Source of the DNA: an uncultured Nitrospinota bacterium
Lineage (GTDB): Bacteria; Nitrospinota; Nitrospinia; Nitrospinales; JAJDAT01
NCBI GenBank assembly: GCA_964344185.1
Contig: CAYFMN010000007.1
Span: 36,954 to 100,953 of the forward strand
Direction of reading: 5' to 3'
Length of the DNA stretch: 64,000 bases
Positions 54,808 through 64,000 of the stretch are shown here, in pieces. The translations under genes were made by a program, and so were the position numbers. A model generated the notes under the pieces. That model saw only the letters and a program-made list of their open reading frames with translations. It did not search any database and was not told the origin of the DNA. Positions within the stretch are counted from its first letter, which is position 1. Each line of letters starts with the position of its first letter.

Positions 54808-56136
54808 TTAATTTTTAAAGTATTCCCTAAATACTCTAATTAGATCCCAGTGATCTTTTGAGCCGGCCATTTCCCTTATGGAATGCATTGACAGCATTGG
54901 ATTTCCAATATCTATTGTCTTGACGCCTAAATTTGTCGCAGTGATCGGCCCAATAGTACTACCGCATCCTAAATCAGATCTGGTAACGAACTTTTGCAAA
55001 GACACGCTAACATTTTCGGCTAATAACTCAAAACGAGCGGAAGTTTCCGAATCTGTGGCATACCTCTGACTAGCGTTTACTTTGATAACAGGCCCCTTGT
55101 TAATTTGAGGCATATGCTGTGGATCATGCATATCTGAATAGTTGGGATGTATTGCGTGGGCCATATCCGCAGATATGAAAAAGGACTTGGAAATAGCTCG
55201 TAAATACGCCTCTCGCGTTTCTTCAAATTTTCCTTGAATTCGCTCTAAAATATCCTTCAAAAATGGCGAACCTGCTCCTTGCATACTTTCGCTTCCAATC
55301 TCTTCATTATCGTAAAAAACTATTACTTGAGTCGCTTCATCATTAGCGACATCTTCACTTTCCAGCCCCATTAACGCCGCATGACACGACGCGAGGTTAT
55401 CCAGCCTAGCCGTTTGAATAAACTCATTGTCCAAACCGGCGTGTGTACCTTTTTGCAAATCAAATAGAGATAGTTCCGTTCCAACAACGGCTTCGAAACT
55501 AACGTCTAGTTCGGCGCTTATTAATTTTTTTAGAGGACAGTCTCCCTGAATTTTTTCATCAATTAAAGCAAAAATTGGAGGCATATGCGTTTGCTTATTG
55601 AGAAGCAATCCTTTTTCGTTAACTTGCCGGTTCAGGTGAATCGCCAATTGGGGAATCCTGAGTAAAGGCCTATCAATTTTAACGAGTCTTGTGGCTAATT
55701 GATCGTTCGGTTCCTTCAAAATTACCCTTCCCGCTAAAGACAAATCTCTGTCGGTCCAGGTAGAAAGTAACACGCCGCCGTAAATTTCAACCCCCAACTG
55801 TAAATACCCAGACTTTTCATAAACTGAGTTTGGCTTTAACTTCAAATTGGGACTATCAGTATGAGCGCCGATAATTTTAAAACCGGAAACCTGAGGGGCT
55901 TTTTTTCCTATTCTGAATGCAATAATAGAAGAATCATTTCGAGTCGTTAAATAACTCTCTCCTGGAGATAAATTCCAAGACTCAGTTTCAGATAACTCCT
56001 TAAAACCTTTATTTATTAATCTATTTTTTGATTCTTGAACAGCATGGAAAGGCGTAGGACAACTATCGATGAAACTCAATAAATCGATTGTAGCCTTGAA
56101 GTAAGGATCATTTTTTTTATCTTCTTGCTCGCTCAT
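54808..56136 (-). CDS. M18-family aminopeptidase (aspartyl aminopeptidase-like)
   Basis: N-terminal FIDSCPTPFHAV, IGAHTDSPNLKLKP, DNEEIGS, ISADMAHAIHPNY and GCGSTIGP motifs. Confidence 0.8.
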   Translation of the reverse strand: MSEQEDKKNDPYFKATIDLLSFIDSCPTPFHAVQESKNRLINKGFKELSETESWNLSPGESYLTTRNDSSIIAFRIGKKAPQVSGFKIIGAHTDSPNLKLKPNSVYEKSGYLQLGVEIYGGVLLSTWTDRDLSLAGRVILKEPNDQLATRLVKIDRPLLRIPQLAIHLNRQVNEKGLLLNKQTHMPPIFALIDEKIQGDCPLKKLISAELDVSFEAVVGTELSLFDLQKGTHAGLDNEFIQTARLDNLASCHAALMGLESEDVANDEATQVIVFYDNEEIGSESMQGAGSPFLKDILERIQGKFEETREAYLRAISKSFFISADMAHAIHPNYSDMHDPQHMPQINKGPVIKVNASQRYATDSETSARFELLAENVSVSLQKFVTRSDLGCGSTIGPITATNLGVKTIDIGNPMLSMHSIREMAGSKDHWDLIRVFREYFKN

Positions 56137-56448
56137 AATCGTCCTATTTTGTAAAAATTGTTATATCTAAAAATTTAAACTAATTTCCTTTTTCATTGAA
56201 AAATAAAGACTTACTAATATGAGGTATCTGTTAATCTTTACACAAGTCTTTAGTAATAAAAGGTTCAATCTCTTAGGTAAAATTTTCCTTTTGTCTCAAT
56301 TAGAAAACCTCTTAAAATAAAGAAGAAGTGTATTTTTGACTAATACTATATAGAGCTTATCAGCCAGATATCATCTTCAAAAATTTCTGGATTCTAGTGG
56401 CTATGAACTCTATAAATATTCTTTAAATCTTTGTTTAGAGGCGGATTA

Positions 56449-56745
56449 ATGGGTTCTCTTCTGAAAGTCGATTTTAAGGTAAAACTGAGTCCGAAGTTAA
56501 AAAACTTCAATCCCAAAATAGACGACCAAGAATACCACGAAGAAATTTTTAAAGAGCTATTTTCCGGATTTCCTCAATTTAAAGATCATGTCGCCGCTTA
56601 TGTCGAAAGACATTATTGTATGGTAGTAAATGACGAAGACCATTCAGATCCACAATCGTTACTCAATATTTTGAATCCCGAAGAGGTTCGAATGCAAAAC
56701 GATTGGATTGTAAGTAGATCGAAAACCAAACCCTTGCCGTTATAA
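56449..56745 (+). CDS. hypothetical protein
   Basis: The only ORF in this interval. The ATG at 56449 is preferred over the track's TTG at 56431. No motif recognised. Confidence 0.3.
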   Translation: MGSLLKVDFKVKLSPKLKNFNPKIDDQEYHEEIFKELFSGFPQFKDHVAAYVERHYCMVVNDEDHSDPQSLLNILNPEEVRMQNDWIVSRSKTKPLPL

Positions 56746-56758
56746 GCCGAAAAAATCT

Positions 56759-57553
56759 TTAGGCTAGTAGGCCCATTGAAGTTGAAGTCATAAAACCATC
56801 CCTCATTAATATAACGATTAGTAAAAGCCCCAATTCACTTGACTCCAACATTACTCCCAAAACGCTTCCTAAAAACTTTTTATTTCTATTTACTACGTAC
56901 CGCTCAAAAATGACCGTCCCGAGCGACAGAAACATCAAAAGGAATAAACCCTCAAGTCCCATAAAAAAAATGGCAATTGCCGTTGTAAATAACGTAGCCC
57001 CCCAAAATTGCAAATTCCCAACAAACTTAATATGGGGAAAAGGTCCAAACTCGTCTCTAGACGACGCTGCCAAGGAATGCGCTAAATAAATATACGACCA
57101 AGCCGAAACCGTCGGTAATAAAACCAGTATGTTTGGAATCCACCCTTCTCCAACATGTAATAACGCAAAAAACTTTAACGAAAATATAAAAAATAAAAAG
57201 ATAACTCGAAAAGCGCCTCGTTCTAACCGTATTAGCTTTCTATCTTCAAATGTCCAACGTCTCGTAATAAGCAATCGGTCTGCTACTCTTAAACATCCCC
57301 AAATTCGGCCCCCATTATAAAAAAAAATTAAAACTAGTAATGCAAAGAAACATGCTATTTGAGTCCCTAGCCAAAATGAGAAAGATAAGTAGCAAGCCAT
57401 AGCGAGAACGCCAAAAAAGAACCCAACAACCGGAAAGAATGGAGCCGCTTTCCCTAATTGTTCAGGATTTTCAGTCAAACGGCAAGGCTCTGTAATAGAT
57501 GGGAAAAAACGAACGGCTAAAAGAAAGCGTTTAACGAGAAGATTAATCATCAC
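56759..57553 (-). CDS. polytopic membrane protein, divergent and apparently catalytically degenerate CobS-family homologue
   Basis: It is collinear by eye with the bona fide CobS at 5203-5937: FFPVVGFFFG vs YFPLVGILIG, NGGRIWGCLRVADRL vs TGGIHLDGLADSADG, and FLGSVLGVMLESSELG vs GGMTGDSLGATAEIIEA. The start (GTG 57553 / ATG 57550) overlaps the exbD stop. Confidence 0.45.
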   Translation of the reverse strand: MMINLLVKRFLLAVRFFPSITEPCRLTENPEQLGKAAPFFPVVGFFFGVLAMACYLSFSFWLGTQIACFFALLVLIFFYNGGRIWGCLRVADRLLITRRWTFEDRKLIRLERGAFRVIFLFFIFSLKFFALLHVGEGWIPNILVLLPTVSAWSYIYLAHSLAASSRDEFGPFPHIKFVGNLQFWGATLFTTAIAIFFMGLEGLFLLMFLSLGTVIFERYVVNRNKKFLGSVLGVMLESSELGLLLIVILMRDGFMTSTSMGLLA

Positions 57554-57945
57554 TCAACAGCAACGCTGATGTCTTCAATTCCAGAGCTTTGGATTACCCC
57601 CATAACTTCCACCACACTTCCATATGGCAACCCCTTATCAGCTTTTATAATAGCTGTGGCTTTTTCAGACTTTGCAAATTCCTCTATTTTATTTTCTAAT
57701 TGTTTAAGAGTTATCTTTTTTCCATTCAAAAGAATTTCTTTGCTTAAGGTCATTTCAATAGTAACTTCTTGGGGGGTTTCATTTATTTCTGAAGATTTCG
57801 ATGAAGGAAGGGCAATATCCATGCGGTGAGAAAAGTCAACAAAAGCGGTAGAAACCATGAAAAAAATTAACAAAAGGAAAACGACGTCAATCATTGGCGT
57901 CAAATCAAAATTAAAATTTTCCTCTTCCTCTTTTCGAAACTTCAT
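57550..57945 (-). CDS. exbD: biopolymer transport protein ExbD/TolR
   Basis: FDLTPMIDVVFLLLIFFMVS TM motif plus a periplasmic domain. 131 aa. Confidence 0.85.
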   Translation of the reverse strand: MKFRKEEEENFNFDLTPMIDVVFLLLIFFMVSTAFVDFSHRMDIALPSSKSSEINETPQEVTIEMTLSKEILLNGKKITLKQLENKIEEFAKSEKATAIIKADKGLPYGSVVEVMGVIQSSGIEDISVAVE

Positions 57946-57946
57946 C

Positions 57947-58732
57947 TTAAACCGATTTCTTTTTTTGACTCGCGGTAAGTTCTAAGCGTTTCGCCGCATC
58001 TTGTTTTCTCTTTTTCATGGACTCGTAAGAAAGCTCCTCTACTAGTTGAAACGAAATTTCTTCCATTTCAAAAACATATCTATCTATTTTTCCACGGAAA
58101 TAATGATAAAGAGCCAAAGCGGGAATCCCAACAACCATACCTGCCGCAGTCGTGACCAAAGCTTCAGATATACCGCTAGCCACTAACCCCGGGTTTCCTG
58201 TTCCACTTTGAGAAATAACGTTAAAAGCTTTTATCATCCCAAAAACCGTCCCTAATAATCCCAACATTGGAGTGATATTGGCTACAGCTCCTAGAACTCG
58301 CAAATTCGAGTTTAATAAAGACGCCTCATGTTGCCCTGCGCCTTCTATTGCTCTTTCGATTTCATCAACCTTACCTCCAAAACGGAGTAACCCCACCTTA
58401 AGTATCCGCGCCAAAGAATTATCATAAGAATTGCAAAGTTGTAATCCTTTTTGGGCATCTTTCCAATTCCAATGGTTTCGAATATTATTCAAAAAATCTT
58501 GATTTATTATATTTTTCCTTCTAAGGCTATAAGCTCTTTCAATTGCAATACCCACCATCAAAACGGAGCAAAAAATAATGGGATACATTAACACTCCACC
58601 TTTTTCAATAACTGTCAATATTTCCCATTCACTCACTGCCACGAAAGATTCCGCTTCCGCCGAGTTCGACGAAATAATCTCAAAAAATAGGGCTAAAATA
58701 CTATAAATAAATATGTTAATTTTTTTCTCCAT
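57947..58732 (-). CDS. exbB: MotA/TolQ/ExbB proton-channel protein with cleavable-looking N-terminal signal and periplasmic extension
   Basis: GGVLMYPIIFCSVLMVGIAIERAY, LGLLGTVFGMIKAF and EALVTTAAGMVVGIPAL. The ATG at 58732 gives a signal-peptide-like N-terminus (MEKKINIFIYSILALFFEIISSNSAEA). The track ORF extends to 58810. Confidence 0.8.
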   Translation of the reverse strand: MEKKINIFIYSILALFFEIISSNSAEAESFVAVSEWEILTVIEKGGVLMYPIIFCSVLMVGIAIERAYSLRRKNIINQDFLNNIRNHWNWKDAQKGLQLCNSYDNSLARILKVGLLRFGGKVDEIERAIEGAGQHEASLLNSNLRVLGAVANITPMLGLLGTVFGMIKAFNVISQSGTGNPGLVASGISEALVTTAAGMVVGIPALALYHYFRGKIDRYVFEMEEISFQLVEELSYESMKKRKQDAAKRLELTASQKKKSV

Positions 58733-58918
58733 TATTATCCGCTTCTTAACTTCTTGGTTAATTGAAACAAATCGCACTACCAAAAGAATTTTTATAATTG
58801 ATTTAGTCAAATTTTATTTTAATGAAATTTCAGGATGTAACCGCTTAAAAATGATTGGCCTTTCAATAATTTAGTTTTATTATATATTGAAAATAAAAAT
58901 CACATTTGGATATTTTTA

Positions 58919-59683
58919 ATGTCGCTTCACAAGTGGAATAGTTACACTAAATATTGCATCTTACTATTTTTAGCTGTTTTTTTTAATTCGTGCGCATCAG
59001 ATGGTTTGGATTTAAAAACAGCGTCCTCAAAAGAATTGCTATTAAAAGGGAAAAAACATTTAAAAAAAAAGGAATACACTGAAGCTCAAAAAACTTTCAC
59101 ACAACTACTCGAAGATTATCCGGACAGCAAGGAAAGAATTGAAGGTTTAATGCTTTTAGGAGACGTTTCATATAAAACAAAAGCATATGACGAAGCAAAA
59201 ATAAACTATGAAAAGTTTATTGAGTTGTATCCGGCTCATTCCAGGGTTGATCGAGCTTATTTTTTTAAAGCAATGTCAGATTTTAAATCTACCGACCATG
59301 CAGCAAGAGACCAATCGGCAGTGGTGGCGGCAATTAATGGATTTGAAGCATTGATAAAAGCGTTTCCAAAAAGCCAATACAAATCTGAGGCGGAACTAAA
59401 AATCATCCAAAGCAACAATAAACTAGCGGAAAATGCTTTTTCCATTGGAAAATATTATTTTCGCACGGGTTCATATCAATCGGCCATTTTTCGTTTAAAA
59501 AACTTGATAAAAACATATCCAAAACAAAAATTTATAGACGAAGTAATTTACTTATTGGCCGAATCATATTTTCAAGAACAAAACTTTGACCAAGCAAAAA
59601 AAACCTTTAACCAGCTTCTAGATAGTTATCCTAGCAGCTCTTTTGCCAGGGAAGCTCGTCTTCGATTGAGGAGCATTAAATAA
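58919..59683 (+). CDS. bamD: outer membrane protein assembly factor BamD (YfiO-type TPR lipoprotein)
   Basis: Lipobox FFNSC. TPR-like units have the BamD pattern (F..LLEDYPDS, FIELYPAHSRVDRAYFFKAMSDF, LIKAFPKSQY, LIKTYPKQKF, LLDSYPSSSF). Confidence 0.7.
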   Translation: MSLHKWNSYTKYCILLFLAVFFNSCASDGLDLKTASSKELLLKGKKHLKKKEYTEAQKTFTQLLEDYPDSKERIEGLMLLGDVSYKTKAYDEAKINYEKFIELYPAHSRVDRAYFFKAMSDFKSTDHAARDQSAVVAAINGFEALIKAFPKSQYKSEAELKIIQSNNKLAENAFSIGKYYFRTGSYQSAIFRLKNLIKTYPKQKFIDEVIYLLAESYFQEQNFDQAKKTFNQLLDSYPSSSFAREARLRLRSIK

Positions 59684-59692
59684 ACGGACATT

Positions 59693-60598
59693 ATGGTTCC
59701 CTCTGAAAAAGATCAGAAAAAAAAATCAAAAGCTAAGTCGACTAAGTCCTCGTCTAAATCATCTTCCTCCTCGGAAGGCGACAATACTTTAGGACAATAT
59801 TTAAAGGATATCAGTAAGATTAAACATCTTACTAAGGCTGAAGAAGGCGAACTATCGATAGAAATTCAAAGCGGCAACGTTAAGGCTATGCAAGAACTAG
59901 TTCGCCGTAACTTGAAATACGTTGTTTCCGTCGCCAACAAATTTAAAGGGTGCGGTCTTTCTCTCCAAGACTTGATTGAAGAGGGTAATATTGGACTTAT
60001 CCAAGCGGCAAAACGCTTTGACGGCTCCCGGAACATCAAATTCATTACTTATGCAAGTTGGTGGATTCGACAAGCCATTATGCATGCTTTAGCAGAACAA
60101 TCTGGAACCGTTAAGCTGCCCGTAAAACAAGCAAGCAATTTATATAAAATTGGTAAACGATATGAAAGCCTCTCGCAATATCTAGAAAGAGAACCTACAA
60201 AAGCTGAAATTGCGGAGGTAATGGATCTGGATATCGAGCAAGTAGAATCTATTCTGAGAGCTTATAAAGCTCATCTGTCTTTAGACACGCCGCTAAATGA
60301 TAACGATAAAACTCCTTATGTCGACTTATTAGAAAGTCCAGATTATATTCCATACGACGATCAAATTTTTGTTTCCAGTTTAAGAGAAAAAACAGAAGAA
60401 ATGTTAAAAGCTCTTTCTCCACGTGAAGAAAGCATTCTTAGGATGAGGTTTGGTTTCGGAGGAGATCCAATGACTTTAGAAAGCATTGGCAAAGCAATTG
60501 GACTTTCCAGGGAACGTGTAAGACAAATTGAAGAACGAGCCAAAAAAAAACTTCTTCAAAAAAACAAGCAAAGCTTTGACGCAAAGGACATGAACTAG
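59693..60598 (+). CDS. RNA polymerase sigma factor, sigma-70 (RpoD/RpoS-like) family, with Ser/Lys-rich N-terminus
   Basis: Region 2 is NLKYVVSVANKF..LQDLIEEGNIGLIQAAKRFD...FITYASWWIRQAI. Region 4 is LSPREESILRMRFG..TLESIGKAIGLSRERVRQIEERA. 301 aa with no long region 1.1. Confidence 0.8.
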   Translation: MVPSEKDQKKKSKAKSTKSSSKSSSSSEGDNTLGQYLKDISKIKHLTKAEEGELSIEIQSGNVKAMQELVRRNLKYVVSVANKFKGCGLSLQDLIEEGNIGLIQAAKRFDGSRNIKFITYASWWIRQAIMHALAEQSGTVKLPVKQASNLYKIGKRYESLSQYLEREPTKAEIAEVMDLDIEQVESILRAYKAHLSLDTPLNDNDKTPYVDLLESPDYIPYDDQIFVSSLREKTEEMLKALSPREESILRMRFGFGGDPMTLESIGKAIGLSRERVRQIEERAKKKLLQKNKQSFDAKDMN

Positions 60599-60651
60599 CG
60601 TAAGCTTCAAAACCTTCATTAGTTAAGCTCTCTTAAATTTTAAATTTTCCA

Positions 60652-61236
60652 ATGACAACCATTTTTTTTGGGTTATTAGCTTATTTAATGGGGTCTATTC
60701 CCTGCGGAATTCTTGTAGCTAAAACCAAAAATATTAATATCAGAGAACACGGGTCAGGCAATATTGGTGCGACTAATATTGCTCGCACCTTGGGGAAAAA
60801 AGAAGGGATTATCACTTTATTAGGCGATAGCCTTAAAGGGATATTAGCCCTTTGGCTTAGCTCTTTTTTTTTAAACTCTCCTTCAGAATTAGCCTTTATT
60901 GGTTTTATGGCTTTTTCAGGACATTTATTCTCAATCTTTTTAAAGTTTAAAGGAGGGAAAGGGGTCGCTACTGGATTGGGAGTATTTTTATATTTAACTC
61001 CATTCGCTGCATTGAGCGCAATTATCGTCTTCGCCATTACTCTCTTAATTTGCCGCTATGTTTCTTTAGGTTCAATGTTAGGAGCTCTTTCTTTACCTAC
61101 GGTGGGAATTATCTTGGGAGTTCATCAAACTTATATTATTGCAGGTTTTTTGACTGCCACATTGATCATATTTAAACATCGTGAAAATATTAGCCGCCTT
61201 CTAGAGGGCACAGAATCAAAGTTTGGGAAAAAATAA
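60652..61236 (+). CDS. plsY: glycerol-3-phosphate acyltransferase PlsY
   Basis: YLMGSIPCGILVAK, HGSGNIGATN and FKGGKGVATGLG motifs. 194 aa. Confidence 0.9.
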   Translation: MTTIFFGLLAYLMGSIPCGILVAKTKNINIREHGSGNIGATNIARTLGKKEGIITLLGDSLKGILALWLSSFFLNSPSELAFIGFMAFSGHLFSIFLKFKGGKGVATGLGVFLYLTPFAALSAIIVFAITLLICRYVSLGSMLGALSLPTVGIILGVHQTYIIAGFLTATLIIFKHRENISRLLEGTESKFGKK

Positions 61237-61287
61237 GCTAGTTTTTCTTTAATTATTAGAAAAATTTGCGAAAAACGAAAATACGAT

Positions 61288-61315
61288 TTGACAAACGATA
61301 AAGAGAAAATATAAT
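61288..61315 (+). promoter_or_regulatory. sigma-70 promoter with perfect consensus hexamers (TTGACA-N16-TATAAT) for the tRNA pair
   Basis: TTGACA at 61288-61293, a 16-nt spacer and TATAAT at 61310-61315, about 45 nt upstream of tRNA-Gly. Confidence 0.6.
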
Positions 61316-61359
61316 AGTTCACTTACCCATTAGGGAACCCAATTAGTAAACTCCAATTT

Positions 61360-61434
<75 letters not shown>

Positions 61435-61465
61435 CTTTCTTCTCAGACAACCGTCTAATTAGTAT

Positions 61466-61540
61466 GGCGCCGTGGCCAAGTGGCTAAGGCAGAGGTCTGC
61501 AAAACCTTTATCGGCGGTTCGAATCCGCCCGGCGCCTCCA
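61466..61540 (+). tRNA. tRNA-Cys (anticodon GCA), CCA encoded
   Basis: Manual cloverleaf: acceptor GGCGCCG/CGGCGCC, anticodon stem GAGGT/ACCTT with loop CTGCAAA, T arm GGCGG-TTCGAAT-CCGCC, and a 3' TCCA. Confidence 0.95.
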
Positions 61541-61730
61541 TTTATAATCAAACAGTCACAAATTTAAACCATTATCGATTATCTGCTTTGGGCCTACCGT
61601 TCAGTTCGGATTGTCCATCACGCCCTGACAATATATAATTTATATTCTTTTTTCCTACATTCGCTCCCAAAAGTCTTACACCGACAAATATTACAAAACT
61701 AAATTCTTTGATAAAACTTGTATTATATTT

Positions 61731-62771
61731 TTAACCTCTGAAGTTAAAAATATCGCTGAGCAACCGGTCTGTTGCGCGTTTTACGTGAGGTTTCTCCAGG
61801 TGGGTTTCCATTTCGGCCGGCAAACGAAGGGTAAATGAAGATCCCTTTCCTAATTCACTTTCTGCAAAAATATTACCGCCCATAATTAAGCTAAAGCGAT
61901 GGCTAATAGCTAAACTCAATGCTGTCCCTCCATAGGAACTTGAAACTGATGCATCGGCATTAACATAATCCTTAAATAACGCTTCAAGAATTTTAGGATC
62001 AATCCCTGCGCCATTATCGCTAATAATAAAAGATACCCAATCAATATCTTCTACTTTTTCACGTTGAACCTCCACTTTAATTGTTCCTTTTTGAGTTGAC
62101 CGATCCGCATTTTCAATCAGGTTATTTAAAATCCTAAGAGTGCGTTCTTTATCTGCTTGCATCTCGCCCAAATTTTCTGCCAATATTACTTCCAAACTAT
62201 TACCAGAACTTTCCGTTAGTTGTCTTCCGGCAGTTTCAGAAACTCTCACCAGTTGTTCAATATCGAAAGACTCTAATTTTAATTCGGCCCTACCCGACTC
62301 AATTTTGGATAAATCCAAAATTTCATCTACCCAATTAAGTAAATTCTTTCCTGCGGTCCTTATTTTTTCTAAGTCTGGAATAAAATCGTCTAAACCTTCA
62401 TCTTCAGCTTCCTCTTGAAGCATTTCACTATAATTGATAATCGCGTTTAGAGGCGTCCTAAGCTCATGATTCATATTAGCCAAAAATACGCTTTTGCTAT
62501 TACTGGCAGTTTGAGCTTCTCGAAATGCGATTTCAAGAGACTCTTTTTCTCTTTTCAACTCTTCTGTACGGACAACAATTTGAGCTTTTAAGGATTTTTT
62601 GTATTGGTTTAATTTATCTTCGCCCCTTTTAACTTCTTCCAACAATTCATTTACACTCTCAATTAACGAATTTAGAGTCTCGTCCTCTACATTTTGTAGC
62701 TTTTCAGAAAAATTTCGGTTTTTCAGAAAACTCTCTAATTTTTCCGTTAGTGTTTTAATATTGTTTTCCAA
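61731..62771 (-). CDS. soluble histidine kinase (coiled-coil N-terminus, HisKA plus HATPase_c)
   Basis: H-box [15 protein letters not shown]-box LNNLIENADR, G-boxes SDNGAGI and GGTALSLAISH. No TM or recognisable sensor domain. Confidence 0.8.
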   Translation of the reverse strand: MENNIKTLTEKLESFLKNRNFSEKLQNVEDETLNSLIESVNELLEEVKRGEDKLNQYKKSLKAQIVVRTEELKREKESLEIAFREAQTASNSKSVFLANMNHELRTPLNAIINYSEMLQEEAEDEGLDDFIPDLEKIRTAGKNLLNWVDEILDLSKIESGRAELKLESFDIEQLVRVSETAGRQLTESSGNSLEVILAENLGEMQADKERTLRILNNLIENADRSTQKGTIKVEVQREKVEDIDWVSFIISDNGAGIDPKILEALFKDYVNADASVSSSYGGTALSLAISHRFSLIMGGNIFAESELGKGSSFTLRLPAEMETHLEKPHVKRATDRLLSDIFNFRG

Positions 62772-63128
62772 AAGAGTTTTCCCTAAAAATTAATACCATA
62801 ACGATAAAAAAACGATTAAAATAAATTAGAAAGCAAAAAAGATTTTAAGAATTTATCAAAATCCTAAAATAAAATCATCACATTAAGGTGAATTGATTTT
62901 ACTGATTTACATTTACATAATAAATATAAATTTCAATTTTATCAATAAAACCCTTATAATTGAATAAAACACATTAAAATCACCTGACTTTTCTTCTTTT
63001 AATTTAAAAGAAAAAAATCTGAATTTTGCTTTTATCGCGAGACCATTGATTTCAATCTACTTAAACATAAGAACTTCGCGATCAAGGAATAACTGATACG
63101 AAATTTAGAGAAGATTGACTATGTTCCC

Positions 63129-64000
63129 ATGCATAATTTATTAAAAAAGCAGGTTAAACGCCTATTGACAGATAAAAACATAGATCTTGCCACGCTAGAG
63201 CCTTTTTTGAATTCTATCAGCGAGTCTTACGAGCAGTTCGAGTCCGATTTCTCATTATTAGAGCAGGCGATGCACCTAACTTCGGAGGAATTATTAGAAA
63301 AAAATAACATATTAAGGCTTGAAGTTCTGGAAAGGAAAAAAATAGAAGATGAATTGAGAGAAGCTCACAAAAACTTGGAAAACCGTGTTCAAAAAAGAAC
63401 TGAAGAACTTAAAGAAGCCAAGGAAGAAGCTGAAAGTGCAAACCAAGCCAAGTCTGAATTTTTATCTCGAATGAGTCATGAGCTAAGAACGCCGCTTAAC
63501 GGAATTATTGGCTTTGGCCAAGTATTATTAAAAAATAAAAGAGATCCGCTTTCAGCTACTCAGGTAAATGACATTAGGCAGATTTTACAAGCTGGCAACC
63601 ATTTGCTTGGGTTAATAAACGAGATTCTTGACCTAGCGAGAATTGAAGCAGGTAAGATATCATTATCAATAGAGCCTGTCGATCTACATCAAGTAATATC
63701 AGAAACTATTTCAATCGTAAAACCTCTTGCTGAAAACTCAGGGATTTCTATTATTGACAATATTTCTACTTCTGAAAACCGAATTATTTTTGTAGATAAA
63801 ACCCGTTTTAAACAAATCGCGCTAAACTTAATATCCAATGGCATTAAATATAATCGCCCAGAAGGGTCCGTAACCTTAAGTTACAAACAATTTCCAGAAA
63901 CAGACAAACTGAGAGTGCTAATTACCGATACGGGGTTAGGAATTTCTGAAAAAATAAAGGATGTTATTTTTGAGCCATTCAGCCGGTTTGAAGCTGAACA
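63129..64000 (+). CDS. histidine kinase, 5' part (runs off the window end)
   Basis: Manual translation from the ATG at 63129 is open to nt 64000. It contains a coiled-coil, H-box [15 protein letters not shown]-box [11 protein letters not shown] and the G1 motif TDTGLGI. It is absent from the ORF track because no stop lies in the window. Confidence 0.75.
   Translation, partial: MHNLLKKQVKRLLTDKNIDLATLEPFLNSISESYEQFESDFSLLEQAMHLTSEELLEKNNILRLEVLERKKIEDELREAHKNLENRVQKRTEELKEAKEEAESANQAKSEFLSRMSHELRTPLNGIIGFGQVLLKNKRDPLSATQVNDIRQILQAGNHLLGLINEILDLARIEAGKISLSIEPVDLHQVISETISIVKPLAENSGISIIDNISTSENRIIFVDKTRFKQIALNLISNGIKYNRPEGSVTLSYKQFPETDKLRVLITDTGLGISEKIKDVIFEPFSRFEAE

Noticed and set aside
461-61322. 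Many 60-150-aa ORFs in the six-frame track lie antisense or out of frame within longer genes. Examples: 461-673, 2638-2976, 6641-6982, 26142-26456, 40222-40653, 42344-42655, 46919-47188, 48902-49291, 49625-50071, 60681-61037.
   Set aside because: Each is fully embedded in a longer ORF with clear family motifs. Their translations are low-complexity or mirror-image artefacts; for example, the NPRVSGF peptides are the antisense of the conserved NPETLGLG block. None has an SD or recognisable domains.

Overview
This is an AT-rich chromosomal segment from a diderm (Gram-negative-type) bacterium. The diderm call rests on BamD, ExbB/ExbD, a TonB-dependent receptor and lipoprotein signal peptides. The lineage cannot be determined from the sequence alone. 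I can support about 60 protein genes, 2 tRNAs (Gly-GCC, Cys-GCA) and 1 cobalamin riboswitch. I saw no transposase, integrase, CRISPR array or prophage signature.

Layout:
- 1-11.6 kb: a tightly packed cobalamin salvage and late-assembly locus. It holds a BtuFCD-like ABC importer, cobQ, cobS, a cobU-bluB fusion, cobD, cbiB and cobT, interrupted by a Ca-binding-type repeat protein and a cytochrome c.
- 11.7-19.2 kb: housekeeping genes (dapL-like, folK, thiI, cysteine desulfurase, ubiX, tmk).
- 19.2-22.6 kb: a haem-c sensor protein and a haem-c chemoreceptor.
- 22.9-37.9 kb: a mix of housekeeping genes (msrB, coaX, malic enzyme, hspQ-like) and repeat proteins (TPR, MORN-like, pentapeptide).
- 38.0-41.7 kb: two tandem B12-binding radical-SAM genes.
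- 42-44.2 kb: an NHL-repeat protein.
- 44.8-51.4 kb: an Hpt gene followed by four c-type cytochromes carrying 25 haem motifs.
- 51.4-53.7 kb: a B12 riboswitch and a btuB-like receptor.
- 54-64 kb: an Nfu_N protein, an M18 aminopeptidase, exbB-exbD plus a degenerate CobS-like gene, bamD, a sigma-70-family factor, plsY, the tRNAs and two histidine kinases.

The best candidates for something undescribed are listed below. All rest on by-eye motif reading and need database and synteny checks.
1. The Hpt plus multihaem cytochrome operon.
2. The orphan tandem B12-radical-SAM pair, which has a C-x4-C-x2-C motif.
3. exbB-exbD translationally coupled to a catalytically degenerate CobS homologue where tonB would be expected.
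4. A four-gene operon of two pentapeptide-repeat paralogues, an apparently frameshifted membrane protein and a truncated T7-lysozyme-like domain.
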